A stretch of 61,337 nt of DNA from an uncultured Clostridia bacterium (GTDB lineage Bacteria; Acidobacteriota; Aminicenantia; UBA2199). Shown piece by piece: positions 40,498 through 47,745 of the stretch; the first letter of the stretch is position 1, and each line of letters begins with the position of its first letter. Location: assembly GCA_964562095.1 (NCBI GenBank), contig CAZLSH010000003.1, forward strand, positions 1 through 61,337, in the 5' to 3' direction. Made by a program: the position numbers and the translations under genes. The notes under the pieces are model-generated. The model did no database searches. It worked only from the letters and a program-made list of their open reading frames with translations, and was not told where the DNA came from.

Positions 40498-41505
40498 TTA
40501 CATTTCAAATAGTTTGATGATGGGCATTTCCTTGATGCGCAGCACGCCGTCCAAGGGCTTGATCTTGGTCTTGATGCTGCGGTCGATCTCGGCGAAACTG
40601 GCTCCCTGCATCAGCAGGGCGATGTCGAACGGGCCATCGACGCAATCGCAGGAGACGACCTGGTCGTTGACGTAAAGGGTGGAATAGACTTGTTCCTGCT
40701 TTTCCTTCTCGATCTCGAGAAAGACGTATGAGGAGGCGCTATGCCCATAATTGACGTTGCCGGCGGCGGCGTCTTGGTTGTCCCGGCCCATGGCCCTGTC
40801 GAAAGCGCCGATGATGCCGGCCACGCTTTCGGACAGCTTGGGTTGGCCGACGGGCATGAGCAGGGCCTGCTGCAGCCCGGCGAGCTTCTGGATGCGGCTT
40901 GCGACCAGGGCCTTGATTTCGTCCAGGGTGTTCGCCTGCAGCAGCAGGACCAGGTCGAAATCGCCCTTGATGGCATCGCAATAGAGCATCTGATCCATGA
41001 AGTACAAGTCCTGGTAAATGGAGGTTTGATCGGCCGCGGAGGAGAAGCTCAACAGGACATAAGCGCTGACCGAGCGTTCGCCCACCATCTCATGGTCTTC
41101 CTGGGTTACGGGAGCGGGGGCCGTTTTTTTCGCCGGGATCGCCGAAAGGATTCGGCTCAACTCCTCGGCGGTAAACGGTTTTTCCAGGAATCCGTCGGCC
41201 TTCTCCGACTTGGCGTCGGCGGCGATGGTTTCGTTGCCGTAGCCGGTGATCACTACCACGGGGAGGTCGGGATAATTGTGCTTGATGACCTTGAGCAGCT
41301 TGATGCCGTCGAAATCGGGCAGGCGTACGTCGACGACCACATAATGATAAGGGTCCCGTCCTTCCTTCTGGGACTCCAGGGCCAGCAGCCCGCTCATGCC
41401 GTTTTCCCGGGCTTCGGTCTGGTATCCTTTCTGCATCAAGCCCAAGGCCAGGCTGCGCTGCAGGGAAACCTCATCGTCAATCAATAAAACTTTTCTTTCG
41501 TTCAT
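40498..41505 (-). CDS. Response regulator: receiver domain + two Lrp/AsnC-type ligand-binding (RAM-like) domains, no DNA-binding domain seen
   Basis: REC motifs LLIDDE, VVVDVRLPDFDG, VVVITGYG and EKPF. Two roughly 75-aa repeats follow: SAYVLLSFS...CDAIKGDFDLVLLLQANTLDEI... and SSYVFLEIE...CDCVDGPFDIALLMQGASFAEI.... Both resemble the AsnC_trans_reg fold. Confidence 0.75.
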   Translation of the reverse strand: MNERKVLLIDDEVSLQRSLALGLMQKGYQTEARENGMSGLLALESQKEGRDPYHYVVVDVRLPDFDGIKLLKVIKHNYPDLPVVVITGYGNETIAADAKSEKADGFLEKPFTAEELSRILSAIPAKKTAPAPVTQEDHEMVGERSVSAYVLLSFSSAADQTSIYQDLYFMDQMLYCDAIKGDFDLVLLLQANTLDEIKALVASRIQKLAGLQQALLMPVGQPKLSESVAGIIGAFDRAMGRDNQDAAAGNVNYGHSASSYVFLEIEKEKQEQVYSTLYVNDQVVSCDCVDGPFDIALLMQGASFAEIDRSIKTKIKPLDGVLRIKEMPIIKLFEM

Positions 41506-41559
41506 TTTCTTCTCCTTGAAGTTCTTTTTTCATTCCCGTTCATCTTCCGCTGAAATTGA

Positions 41560-41575
41560 AGCAAAAACCATGCCA
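41560..41575 (-). promoter_or_regulatory. Sigma-54 (-24/-12) promoter TGGCAT-N5-TTGCT
   Basis: The minus strand reads TGGCATGGTTTTTGCT, a near-consensus TGGCAC-N5-TTGCW. The -12 element lies about 55 nt upstream of the RR start codon (41505), with AAGGAGAAG as RBS. Confidence 0.65.
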
Positions 41576-41636
41576 ATCCCAGAAAGGCCGAAAACAATGG
41601 GTTTTGTGGCCTGAGCCGCTATTTCAATTCCGGGAT

Positions 41637-41657
41637 GGTGTAAAATAATTTTACACC
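41637..41657. promoter_or_regulatory. Perfect 10+1+10 palindrome GGTGTAAAAT-A-ATTTTACACC (candidate enhancer/UAS or operator)
   Basis: It is centred about 75 nt upstream of the -24 element, inside a strongly AT-rich divergent intergenic region. A related half-site ATTATACAC lies at 41706-41714. Confidence 0.45.
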
Positions 41658-41899
41658 GAATGGTAAAAGCGGCCTATATGCCTTAAAACTTGGCGGCGAT
41701 AAAAAATTATACACTATACAAGGATCGATCTTCCATTTTTCTTGAAAATATACTATATTCATAGCTTGAATAAAAATTCCTGTGGAATGACATTTGTTTT
41801 TAAATGCTCCGGACTGGAGGGTGTCTTCCGCAAGATGAGGGCGAAAATGTTCGCAGCAAACGGGCCGCGCGGTCCCGAACCGCCTGGGAGGTCGCACCG

Positions 41900-42727
41900 A
41901 TGAATAAGATCCTGGAAAAGGAATTTTTGTCGGAAAACGTGGCGCGGATGGTGATTGAGGCGCCGCTGATTTCGCGCAAACAGCGGCCGGGGCAGTTCGT
42001 CATTGTCCGCACGGGCGAAACTGGCGAGAGGGTTCCCTTGACCATCGCCGACGCCGATGCACACCGCGGCAGCATCACGCTGATCATCCAGCGGCTGGGG
42101 GTCACGTCTCACAAAATTACGCAGCTGAACCCCGGAGATTGCCTGGCCGATGTTTCGGGCCCGCTTGGGCAGCCCACCCGGGTGGAGACCGTCGGGACGG
42201 TGCTAGCCTGCGGCGGCGGCGTCGGCATTGCCCCGCTGTATCCCATTGCCCGCGCCTTTAAGAATGCCGGCAACAAGCTGATCGCCGTCCTGGGAGCGAG
42301 GCACCGCGGGCTGCTGATCCTGGAAAAAGAGATGGCCGCGTTTGCCGATGAAACGATCGTCATGACCGACGACGGATCCTACGGAAAAAAAGGCGTCATC
42401 ACGGTCGGCATCGAGGAAGTGCTCAAGCGGGAACCGGTGAACCTGGCGGTGACCATCGGGCCGGCCGTGATGATGAAGTTCACCGCATTGCTGACTCAAA
42501 AATACGCCGTTCGCACCATCGCCAGCCTGAACACCATCATGGTCGACGGCACCGGCATGTGCGGCGCCTGCCGGGTATCGGTGGGAGGGAAAACCCGGTT
42601 CGTCTGCGTCGACGGCCCTGAATTCGACGCCCATGAAATCGATTTCAATGAGATGATGCAGCGGTTGAACACCTACAAGACGGAAGAAGCGGCTTCCTAT
42701 GAAGCGTACCTCAAGACGGTGTCGTAA
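41900..42727 (+). CDS. nfnA: NfnA/SudB-type ferredoxin-NADP+ reductase subunit (PyrK-like FAD/[2Fe-2S])
   Basis: Starts at MNKILEKEFLSENV; the upstream track extension is unlikely. It has the RPGQFVIV flavin motif and C-terminal DGTGMCGACRV...CVDGPEF. Confidence 0.8.
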   Translation: MNKILEKEFLSENVARMVIEAPLISRKQRPGQFVIVRTGETGERVPLTIADADAHRGSITLIIQRLGVTSHKITQLNPGDCLADVSGPLGQPTRVETVGTVLACGGGVGIAPLYPIARAFKNAGNKLIAVLGARHRGLLILEKEMAAFADETIVMTDDGSYGKKGVITVGIEEVLKREPVNLAVTIGPAVMMKFTALLTQKYAVRTIASLNTIMVDGTGMCGACRVSVGGKTRFVCVDGPEFDAHEIDFNEMMQRLNTYKTEEAASYEAYLKTVS

Positions 42728-42739
42728 AGGAGAAGAGTC

Positions 42740-44227
42740 ATGGCCATCGATATCGAGGACTTGACCGTTGACCGCGGCCTGGATTGGCGTGAGCAACTGC
42801 GGGCCCAGTGGAACGCCAGGGAGCGAAGCGCCCTGCCCCGGGTGCAGATGCCGGCGCTGGATGGCCGCGAAAGAATCGGGAGTTTCGCCGAGGTCAACGT
42901 CGGCTTGAGCGAGGCTATGGCCCTTCAGGAAGCGCGGCGCTGCCTGGACTGCGCAAACCCCACCTGCATCTCCGGCTGCCCGGTCAATATCAACATACCC
43001 GGGTTCATCAAGCGGATCGAAAAGGGGGATTTCGCCGGCGCGGCCCGCAAACTGAAGGAAACCAATGCCCTGTCCGCCGTGTGCGGCCGCGTCTGTCCCC
43101 AGGAAATCCAGTGCGAGGCGAACTGCGTCTACCAGAAAATGAAGAAAGCGCCGGTGGCCATCGGCTACCTGGAGCGTTTTGCGGCCGACTGGGAACGCCT
43201 TTCAGGGAGCACGGCCTTGCCGGCCGCAGCCCGGAACAACTCCATCCGGGTGGCCGCCATCGGCTCGGGTCCGGCCAGCCTAACCTTCGCCGGGCAGATG
43301 GCGCGGCGCGGATATGAGGTGACCGTGTATGAGGCCTTGCATGAGCTGGCCGGGGTGCTGAGTTACGGCATTCCCGAGTTCCGCCTGCCCAAGAGTATCG
43401 TGCGCTCGGAATTGGATTATCTGGCAGCCCTCGGCGTCCGTTTCGAGAAGAACGTGGTCGTCGGCAAGACCCTCACCATTGAGGACCTGCGCGAACAGGG
43501 CTGCCAGGGTTTCTTCATCGGCAGCGGCGCCGGCCTGCCGAAATTCATGCATATCCCGGGCGAAAACGCCATCGGGGTTTACTCGTCCAACGAATACCTC
43601 ACCCGCGTCAACCTCATGAAGGCCTACCATTTCCCGGAATTCGACACGCCGATCGCGCGCGGGAAACGCGTGGCTGTCGTGGGCGGCGGCAATACGGCCA
43701 TGGATTCGGTGCGCACCGCTGTCCGCCTTGGGGCCGAGAAGGCGATGATCCTTTACCGCCGTTCCGAGGTGGAAATGCCCGCCCGCATCGAGGAGGTTCG
43801 CCATGCCAAGGAGGAGGGAGTCGAGTTCCTTACCCTGACCAATCCCCTGGAATACCTCGCCGACGGCGAAGGCAGGGTGAAGCAGGTTCGAGTTCAAAAA
43901 ATGGAGCTCGGGCCGGCCGACAAGTCGGGGCGCAGGCGGCCGATGGCGATTCCGGGTTCCGAATCCCTCATCGATGTCGATACGGTGGTCATCGGCGTGG
44001 GCACCGATCCCAATCCGCTGGTGCCCCAAACCATCCCCGGGATCGAGGTCAGCAAGTGGGGAACGCTCGTCGTCGATGAGGAGACCCTGCAGACTTCTGT
44101 TCCAGACATCTTCGCTGGAGGCGACATCGTTCGCGGCGGCGCGACCGTCATCCTGGCCATGGGAGACGGCAAGCGGGCGGCGGAAGCCATGCACGACCAT
44201 ATTCAGGGCAGGCTCGGGAAGGGCTGA
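42740..44227 (+). CDS. nfnB: NfnB/SudA/GltD-type NADPH-dependent oxidoreductase subunit
   Basis: CLDCANPTCISGCP and VCGRVCPQEIQCEANC (two [4Fe-4S] clusters), GSGPASL (FAD), VVGGGNTAMD (NADPH) and GGDIVRGGATV. Confidence 0.85.
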   Translation: MAIDIEDLTVDRGLDWREQLRAQWNARERSALPRVQMPALDGRERIGSFAEVNVGLSEAMALQEARRCLDCANPTCISGCPVNINIPGFIKRIEKGDFAGAARKLKETNALSAVCGRVCPQEIQCEANCVYQKMKKAPVAIGYLERFAADWERLSGSTALPAAARNNSIRVAAIGSGPASLTFAGQMARRGYEVTVYEALHELAGVLSYGIPEFRLPKSIVRSELDYLAALGVRFEKNVVVGKTLTIEDLREQGCQGFFIGSGAGLPKFMHIPGENAIGVYSSNEYLTRVNLMKAYHFPEFDTPIARGKRVAVVGGGNTAMDSVRTAVRLGAEKAMILYRRSEVEMPARIEEVRHAKEEGVEFLTLTNPLEYLADGEGRVKQVRVQKMELGPADKSGRRRPMAIPGSESLIDVDTVVIGVGTDPNPLVPQTIPGIEVSKWGTLVVDEETLQTSVPDIFAGGDIVRGGATVILAMGDGKRAAEAMHDHIQGRLGKG

Positions 44228-44229
44228 CC

Positions 44230-45012
44230 CTATTCTTCGTCAACCGTTGCGGCGGCCTGCTCCGGCTTGAAGGCGCCGTATTCGACCTTGACCAGCGTCA
44301 GCCCCTTGGCCGGCGCCGTCTGCCCGGCCCGGCGCCGGTCCTTGGCCGCGAAAATGGCGGGGATGTCGGCGGCCGCGATCTTCCCCCGGCCGACGTCGAT
44401 CAGCGTTCCGACCATGTTGCGCACCATGTAGCGCAGGAAGCTTTTGCCGCGCACGGTGAAGGTGATCTCCTCGTTCCTGACCCGCATGGCGAACTGGTCG
44501 ACCTCGCGCAGCCGCTTTTTGCCGGGATCGTCCGATGTGAACGACGAAAAATCCCTCTGGCCCACGAAGTGGCGGGCGGCCCGGCGCATGGCGTTCAGGT
44601 CCAGGGGGAAGGGGACGTGCAGGGCGAAGCGCTGGCTGAAAGGCGACTGCACCTGGCCGGTGAAGATGCGGTACACGTAGGTTTTGCTGACGGCGCCGAA
44701 GCGGGCATTGAACGCCCTGTCCATCAGCTCGCACTCCATGATGCGGATGTCCCTGGGCAGCAGTGAGTTCAGCGCCCTTTTCAGCGAGTCGGGCTGGATG
44801 GCCACAGGCAGGTGGAAGTTGGCGGTCAGGCCGCTGGAATGGACGCCGGCGTCGGTGCGCGAGCTGCCGGTGACCAGCACGTGCTTCTTGGCGATGATCT
44901 TCAGTACCCGGATCATCTCGGCCTGGATGGTCGGATATTCGGGAGTCTGGGACTGCCAGCCGTAGTACTCGCTGCCGTCGAAATGGATGACCACGCGGTA
45001 GTTGTTCGTCAT
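44230..45012 (-). CDS. truA: tRNA pseudouridine(38-40) synthase TruA
   Basis: 260 aa with YDG..Y.GWQ-type HFDGSEYYGWQSQ and the catalytic SSRTDAGVHS. Confidence 0.93.
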   Translation of the reverse strand: MTNNYRVVIHFDGSEYYGWQSQTPEYPTIQAEMIRVLKIIAKKHVLVTGSSRTDAGVHSSGLTANFHLPVAIQPDSLKRALNSLLPRDIRIMECELMDRAFNARFGAVSKTYVYRIFTGQVQSPFSQRFALHVPFPLDLNAMRRAARHFVGQRDFSSFTSDDPGKKRLREVDQFAMRVRNEEITFTVRGKSFLRYMVRNMVGTLIDVGRGKIAAADIPAIFAAKDRRRAGQTAPAKGLTLVKVEYGAFKPEQAAATVDEE

Positions 45013-45028
45013 GGCGGTCCCGGGCTCT

Positions 45029-45517
45029 TTATGGCTGCCTCGCGAAGAACTCGAGGATCCGCTCCATGGCGTCCGGGGCGGAAGAGACGGGGATCACGCC
45101 CGGCACATCCCAGGTTTCGATGCCGAACACCTTCCTGGCGTATATCTGGGTGTAGGCGATCTCGGAGAGGGTCCCGTAGGCGCCGGCGATCGCCACCAGG
45201 CAGTCGGAATTCAGCACCACCAGGGCATTGCGCAGGTAACCCAGGCCGGTGGGGACGGCGACGTCCGTATAAGGATTCGCTTCCTGGGGCGACTTTCCCG
45301 GCAGGATGCCGATGACCCAGCCGTCGCGCGACTTGGCGCCCCTGGCCGATGCTTCCATGACTCCCTTGAGGCCGCCGTTGACCAGCACGAATCCGTTCTC
45401 GGCGATCAGTCGCCCCATCTCCTCGGCGATGCGCAGATGCCTGGGGACAGGGGCGGAACCGCCGATGAGCCCGACCCTTTTTTTCGCGGCGAAGACGCTC
45501 GCGGATTGAGGTTTCAA
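45029..45517 (-). CDS. TIGR00725-family (LOG/SLOG-like Rossmann fold) protein
   Basis: 162 aa with VGLIGGS..., LVNGGLKGVMEA and AGAYGTLSEI motifs. Confidence 0.7.
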   Translation of the reverse strand: MKPQSASVFAAKKRVGLIGGSAPVPRHLRIAEEMGRLIAENGFVLVNGGLKGVMEASARGAKSRDGWVIGILPGKSPQEANPYTDVAVPTGLGYLRNALVVLNSDCLVAIAGAYGTLSEIAYTQIYARKVFGIETWDVPGVIPVSSAPDAMERILEFFARQP

Positions 45518-45530
45518 GCCGGGGGGAAGG

Positions 45531-45722
45531 TCAGACGACTTTTTTGACTTTGCCGGAGCGGATGCAGGCGGTGCAGACCCGCAGGGATTTGGTCTGGCCG
45601 TCGACCAGCACCTTGACCTTCTGCAGGTTCGGTTCCCAGCGGCGATTGGTCAATTTATGGGAATGGCTGACGTTATGGCCGTATACCGGTTTTTTCCCGC
45701 ATATATCGCATACTTTTGCCAT
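45531..45722 (-). CDS. rpmB: 50S ribosomal protein L28
   Basis: MAKVCDICGKKPVYGHNVSHSHKLTNRRWEPNLQK... (63 aa), preceded by AAAGGAGG. The track ORF carries a spurious 20-codon extension. Confidence 0.93.
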   Translation of the reverse strand: MAKVCDICGKKPVYGHNVSHSHKLTNRRWEPNLQKVKVLVDGQTKSLRVCTACIRSGKVKKVV

Positions 45723-45753
45723 GGCAGGAGCCTCCTTTTCAGATGTACGGTCT

Positions 45754-45782
45754 ATTTTACACTTTCCCCGGGGAAAAAGCAA
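45754..45782 (-). promoter_or_regulatory. Sigma-70-type promoter for rpmB (TTGCTT-N17-TAAAAT, extended TG)
   Basis: The minus strand reads TTGCTTtttccccggggaaagTGTAAAAT. The spacer contains the palindrome TTTCCCCGGGGAAA. Confidence 0.45.
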
Positions 45783-45795
45783 TTGCCGCCGCGTT

Positions 45796-46254
45796 TCATC
45801 CCGCGAGAAAGCGCCGGGCCAGCAGCAGCAGCGCCAGGACGTAGGCCCCGGCCAGCACGTCGTCGACCATGATGCCGAGGCCGCCGGGCAGGGATTCGCT
45901 TTTCCTCACCGGGAAAGGCTTGATGATATCGAAGATGCGGAACAAAAAAAAGGCGGCCACATAGTAGCCCGCCTGGGGCGGCAGGAACCAGAGGCTGACC
46001 AATTGGCCGGCCACCTCGTCGATCACGCATGGGCGGGGGTCTTTCTTCCCGAAATGAGTTTCGCTGACGCCGGCGGCCGGGATGCCGATCGCGAAAATCA
46101 CCGCGGTCATGCCGGCCATCACGATGAACGGCGCACCGGACAAGGGGGTGAAATACACAATGAGCGCCACGAACGCCGACGCCCAGGTCCCCGGGGCCAC
46201 GGGCAGAAAACCGGTGCCGAGAAACGTGGCTACCGCCAAGCCGATCTGTTTCAT
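45796..46254 (-). CDS. pgpA: Phosphatidylglycerophosphatase A
   Basis: MKQIGLAVATFLGTGFLPVAPGTWAS... with a C-terminal GGLGIMVDD. Its start overlaps the rimO stop (ATGA). Confidence 0.85.
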   Translation of the reverse strand: MKQIGLAVATFLGTGFLPVAPGTWASAFVALIVYFTPLSGAPFIVMAGMTAVIFAIGIPAAGVSETHFGKKDPRPCVIDEVAGQLVSLWFLPPQAGYYVAAFFLFRIFDIIKPFPVRKSESLPGGLGIMVDDVLAGAYVLALLLLARRFLAG

Positions 46255-47579
46255 GCTTTTTCTCCCAGCAGCATTTCGTTTTCGCAGCCGCTCACGCGCA
46301 CGGGAAACATGGCCGCTTTTTCGCTGAAGCGAACCCTGACCCGGCAATGGCCGTCGACCTCGGGCGCCTGGGCCCAGACGCGGCCGATGGTGCTGTCGTG
46401 GGTCCAGGGTCCCAGCGGCAGGAAGTCAAGCGATTTCCCGACCAGTCCCTTATTGAAGCGCCGCAGGTTCCTGTCGCCTATGTCCAGCAGGCGGTGCTTG
46501 CGGTCCGCGATCGTGCGCGGGCTCTTGCGACCGGGCAAGGCGAAGCTGGCGGTATTCTCCTCGGGTGAATAGGCGAAGACGCCGATGCGCTCAAGGGCGG
46601 CCTCAGCGGCGAAGTCGAGCAATTGCCGGAAATCTTCTTCGCTTTCGCCGGGGAAACCGATGATGAACGTGCTGCGCAGAACAGCGCCGGGAAAACGCCG
46701 GCGGATGTCGCGCACCAGGCCCAGGCTCGCCTCATAGCCGCCGCCGCGCTGCATTTTCTTGAGAATGCGCGGGGAGACGTGCTGGAAGGGAAGGTCGAAG
46801 TACGGCAGGAGCGAAGGCCGGTCGAAGCCTTCAATGATCTCCGGGGTGACCTCCTCGGGCATCAGGTACAATACGCGCAGCCAGCGGAATCCCAGCGCGG
46901 AGACCGCCTTCAGCAGGGCGGGGAGCAGCGAGGCGTTTCCCTTGTCCCTGCCGAAATGGGTGGAGTTCTGGGAAATGAGGTTCAATTCTTCCACGCCCCG
47001 TTTTTTCAGCGCTTCCGCTTCCCTGAGGATGGACGGGATCGTGCGCGAACGGAAGGGACCGCGGATTTGCGGGATGGCGCAGAAGCTGCATGCCATGTCG
47101 CAGCCTTCGGAGATCTTGATGAACGATGAATTGGCCGTGGTAAAGGTCGGGCGCTGATGCGCATCGTCATAAAGGAACGACTCCCGGTCCGGGTAAACGG
47201 CCGGACGGCCGGAAGCGATGGCGTCGGCCAGCGCCGCGGTGTCGTTCACGCCCCAGAGAATGTCGGCGGCTGCGAAAGTTTCCCGCAATTCCCGGTAATA
47301 GCGCTGGATCAGGCAGCCGAAAACGGCCAGGCGCCGGATCTCCCCCTTTTCCTTTTTTTCCAGCGCAGCCAGGATTTCGCCGATGCTCTCCTCCTTGGCG
47401 TCGCGGATGAAACCGCAGGTGTTGATGATCAGCCAGTCCGGGTTTTCGTATTCGGAGACGACGTCCAGGCCGCGCGCCAGGAGCATGCCGGCCAGAACTT
47501 CGCTGTCGACCGTGTTCTTGAAGCAGCCCAGGCTGACAAACGCTGCACGGCGACATTCAGTGATTCGCTTTTCTCTCAT
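46251..47579 (-). CDS. rimO: Ribosomal protein S12 methylthiotransferase RimO (radical SAM + TRAM)
   Basis: N-terminal SLGCFKNTVDSE (UPF0004 domain), radical-SAM CDMACSFC and a C-terminal TRAM-like domain. The likely start is MREKRITE (Met32 of the track ORF). Confidence 0.85.
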   Translation of the reverse strand: MREKRITECRRAAFVSLGCFKNTVDSEVLAGMLLARGLDVVSEYENPDWLIINTCGFIRDAKEESIGEILAALEKKEKGEIRRLAVFGCLIQRYYRELRETFAAADILWGVNDTAALADAIASGRPAVYPDRESFLYDDAHQRPTFTTANSSFIKISEGCDMACSFCAIPQIRGPFRSRTIPSILREAEALKKRGVEELNLISQNSTHFGRDKGNASLLPALLKAVSALGFRWLRVLYLMPEEVTPEIIEGFDRPSLLPYFDLPFQHVSPRILKKMQRGGGYEASLGLVRDIRRRFPGAVLRSTFIIGFPGESEEDFRQLLDFAAEAALERIGVFAYSPEENTASFALPGRKSPRTIADRKHRLLDIGDRNLRRFNKGLVGKSLDFLPLGPWTHDSTIGRVWAQAPEVDGHCRVRVRFSEKAAMFPVRVSGCENEMLLGEKA

Positions 47580-47682
47580 GGGGAACTGCTGTCTTTCTGC
47601 TTGCCCTGCCATTGTAGCAAAAGCCCCGGCCGCTGGCAAATTCCAGCGCCCGGGCGGGCTGGCTGCCGGCACCGGCGCCTGA

Positions 47683-47711
47683 TTGACGAAGATTTTTTTC
47701 TATGATATACC
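47683..47711 (+). promoter_or_regulatory. Sigma-70-type promoter upstream of the dehydrogenase/lyase/CoA-transferase/dehydratase cluster
   Basis: TTGACG at 47683-47688, a 17-nt spacer, then TGaTATACC (extended -10) at 47703-47711. AAGGAGG plus the ATG at 47746 lie downstream. Confidence 0.4.
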
Positions 47712-47745
47712 AACAATGCCTTACTGCCCATTTAAGGAGGAAAAT

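Noticed and set aside
41619-41897. 92-aa minus-strand ORF, and other small ORFs, in the AT-rich intergenic region.
   Set aside because: There is no RBS, and the composition is odd with no recognisable motifs. The ORF spans the palindromes and promoter-like elements. The region is better explained as regulatory DNA.
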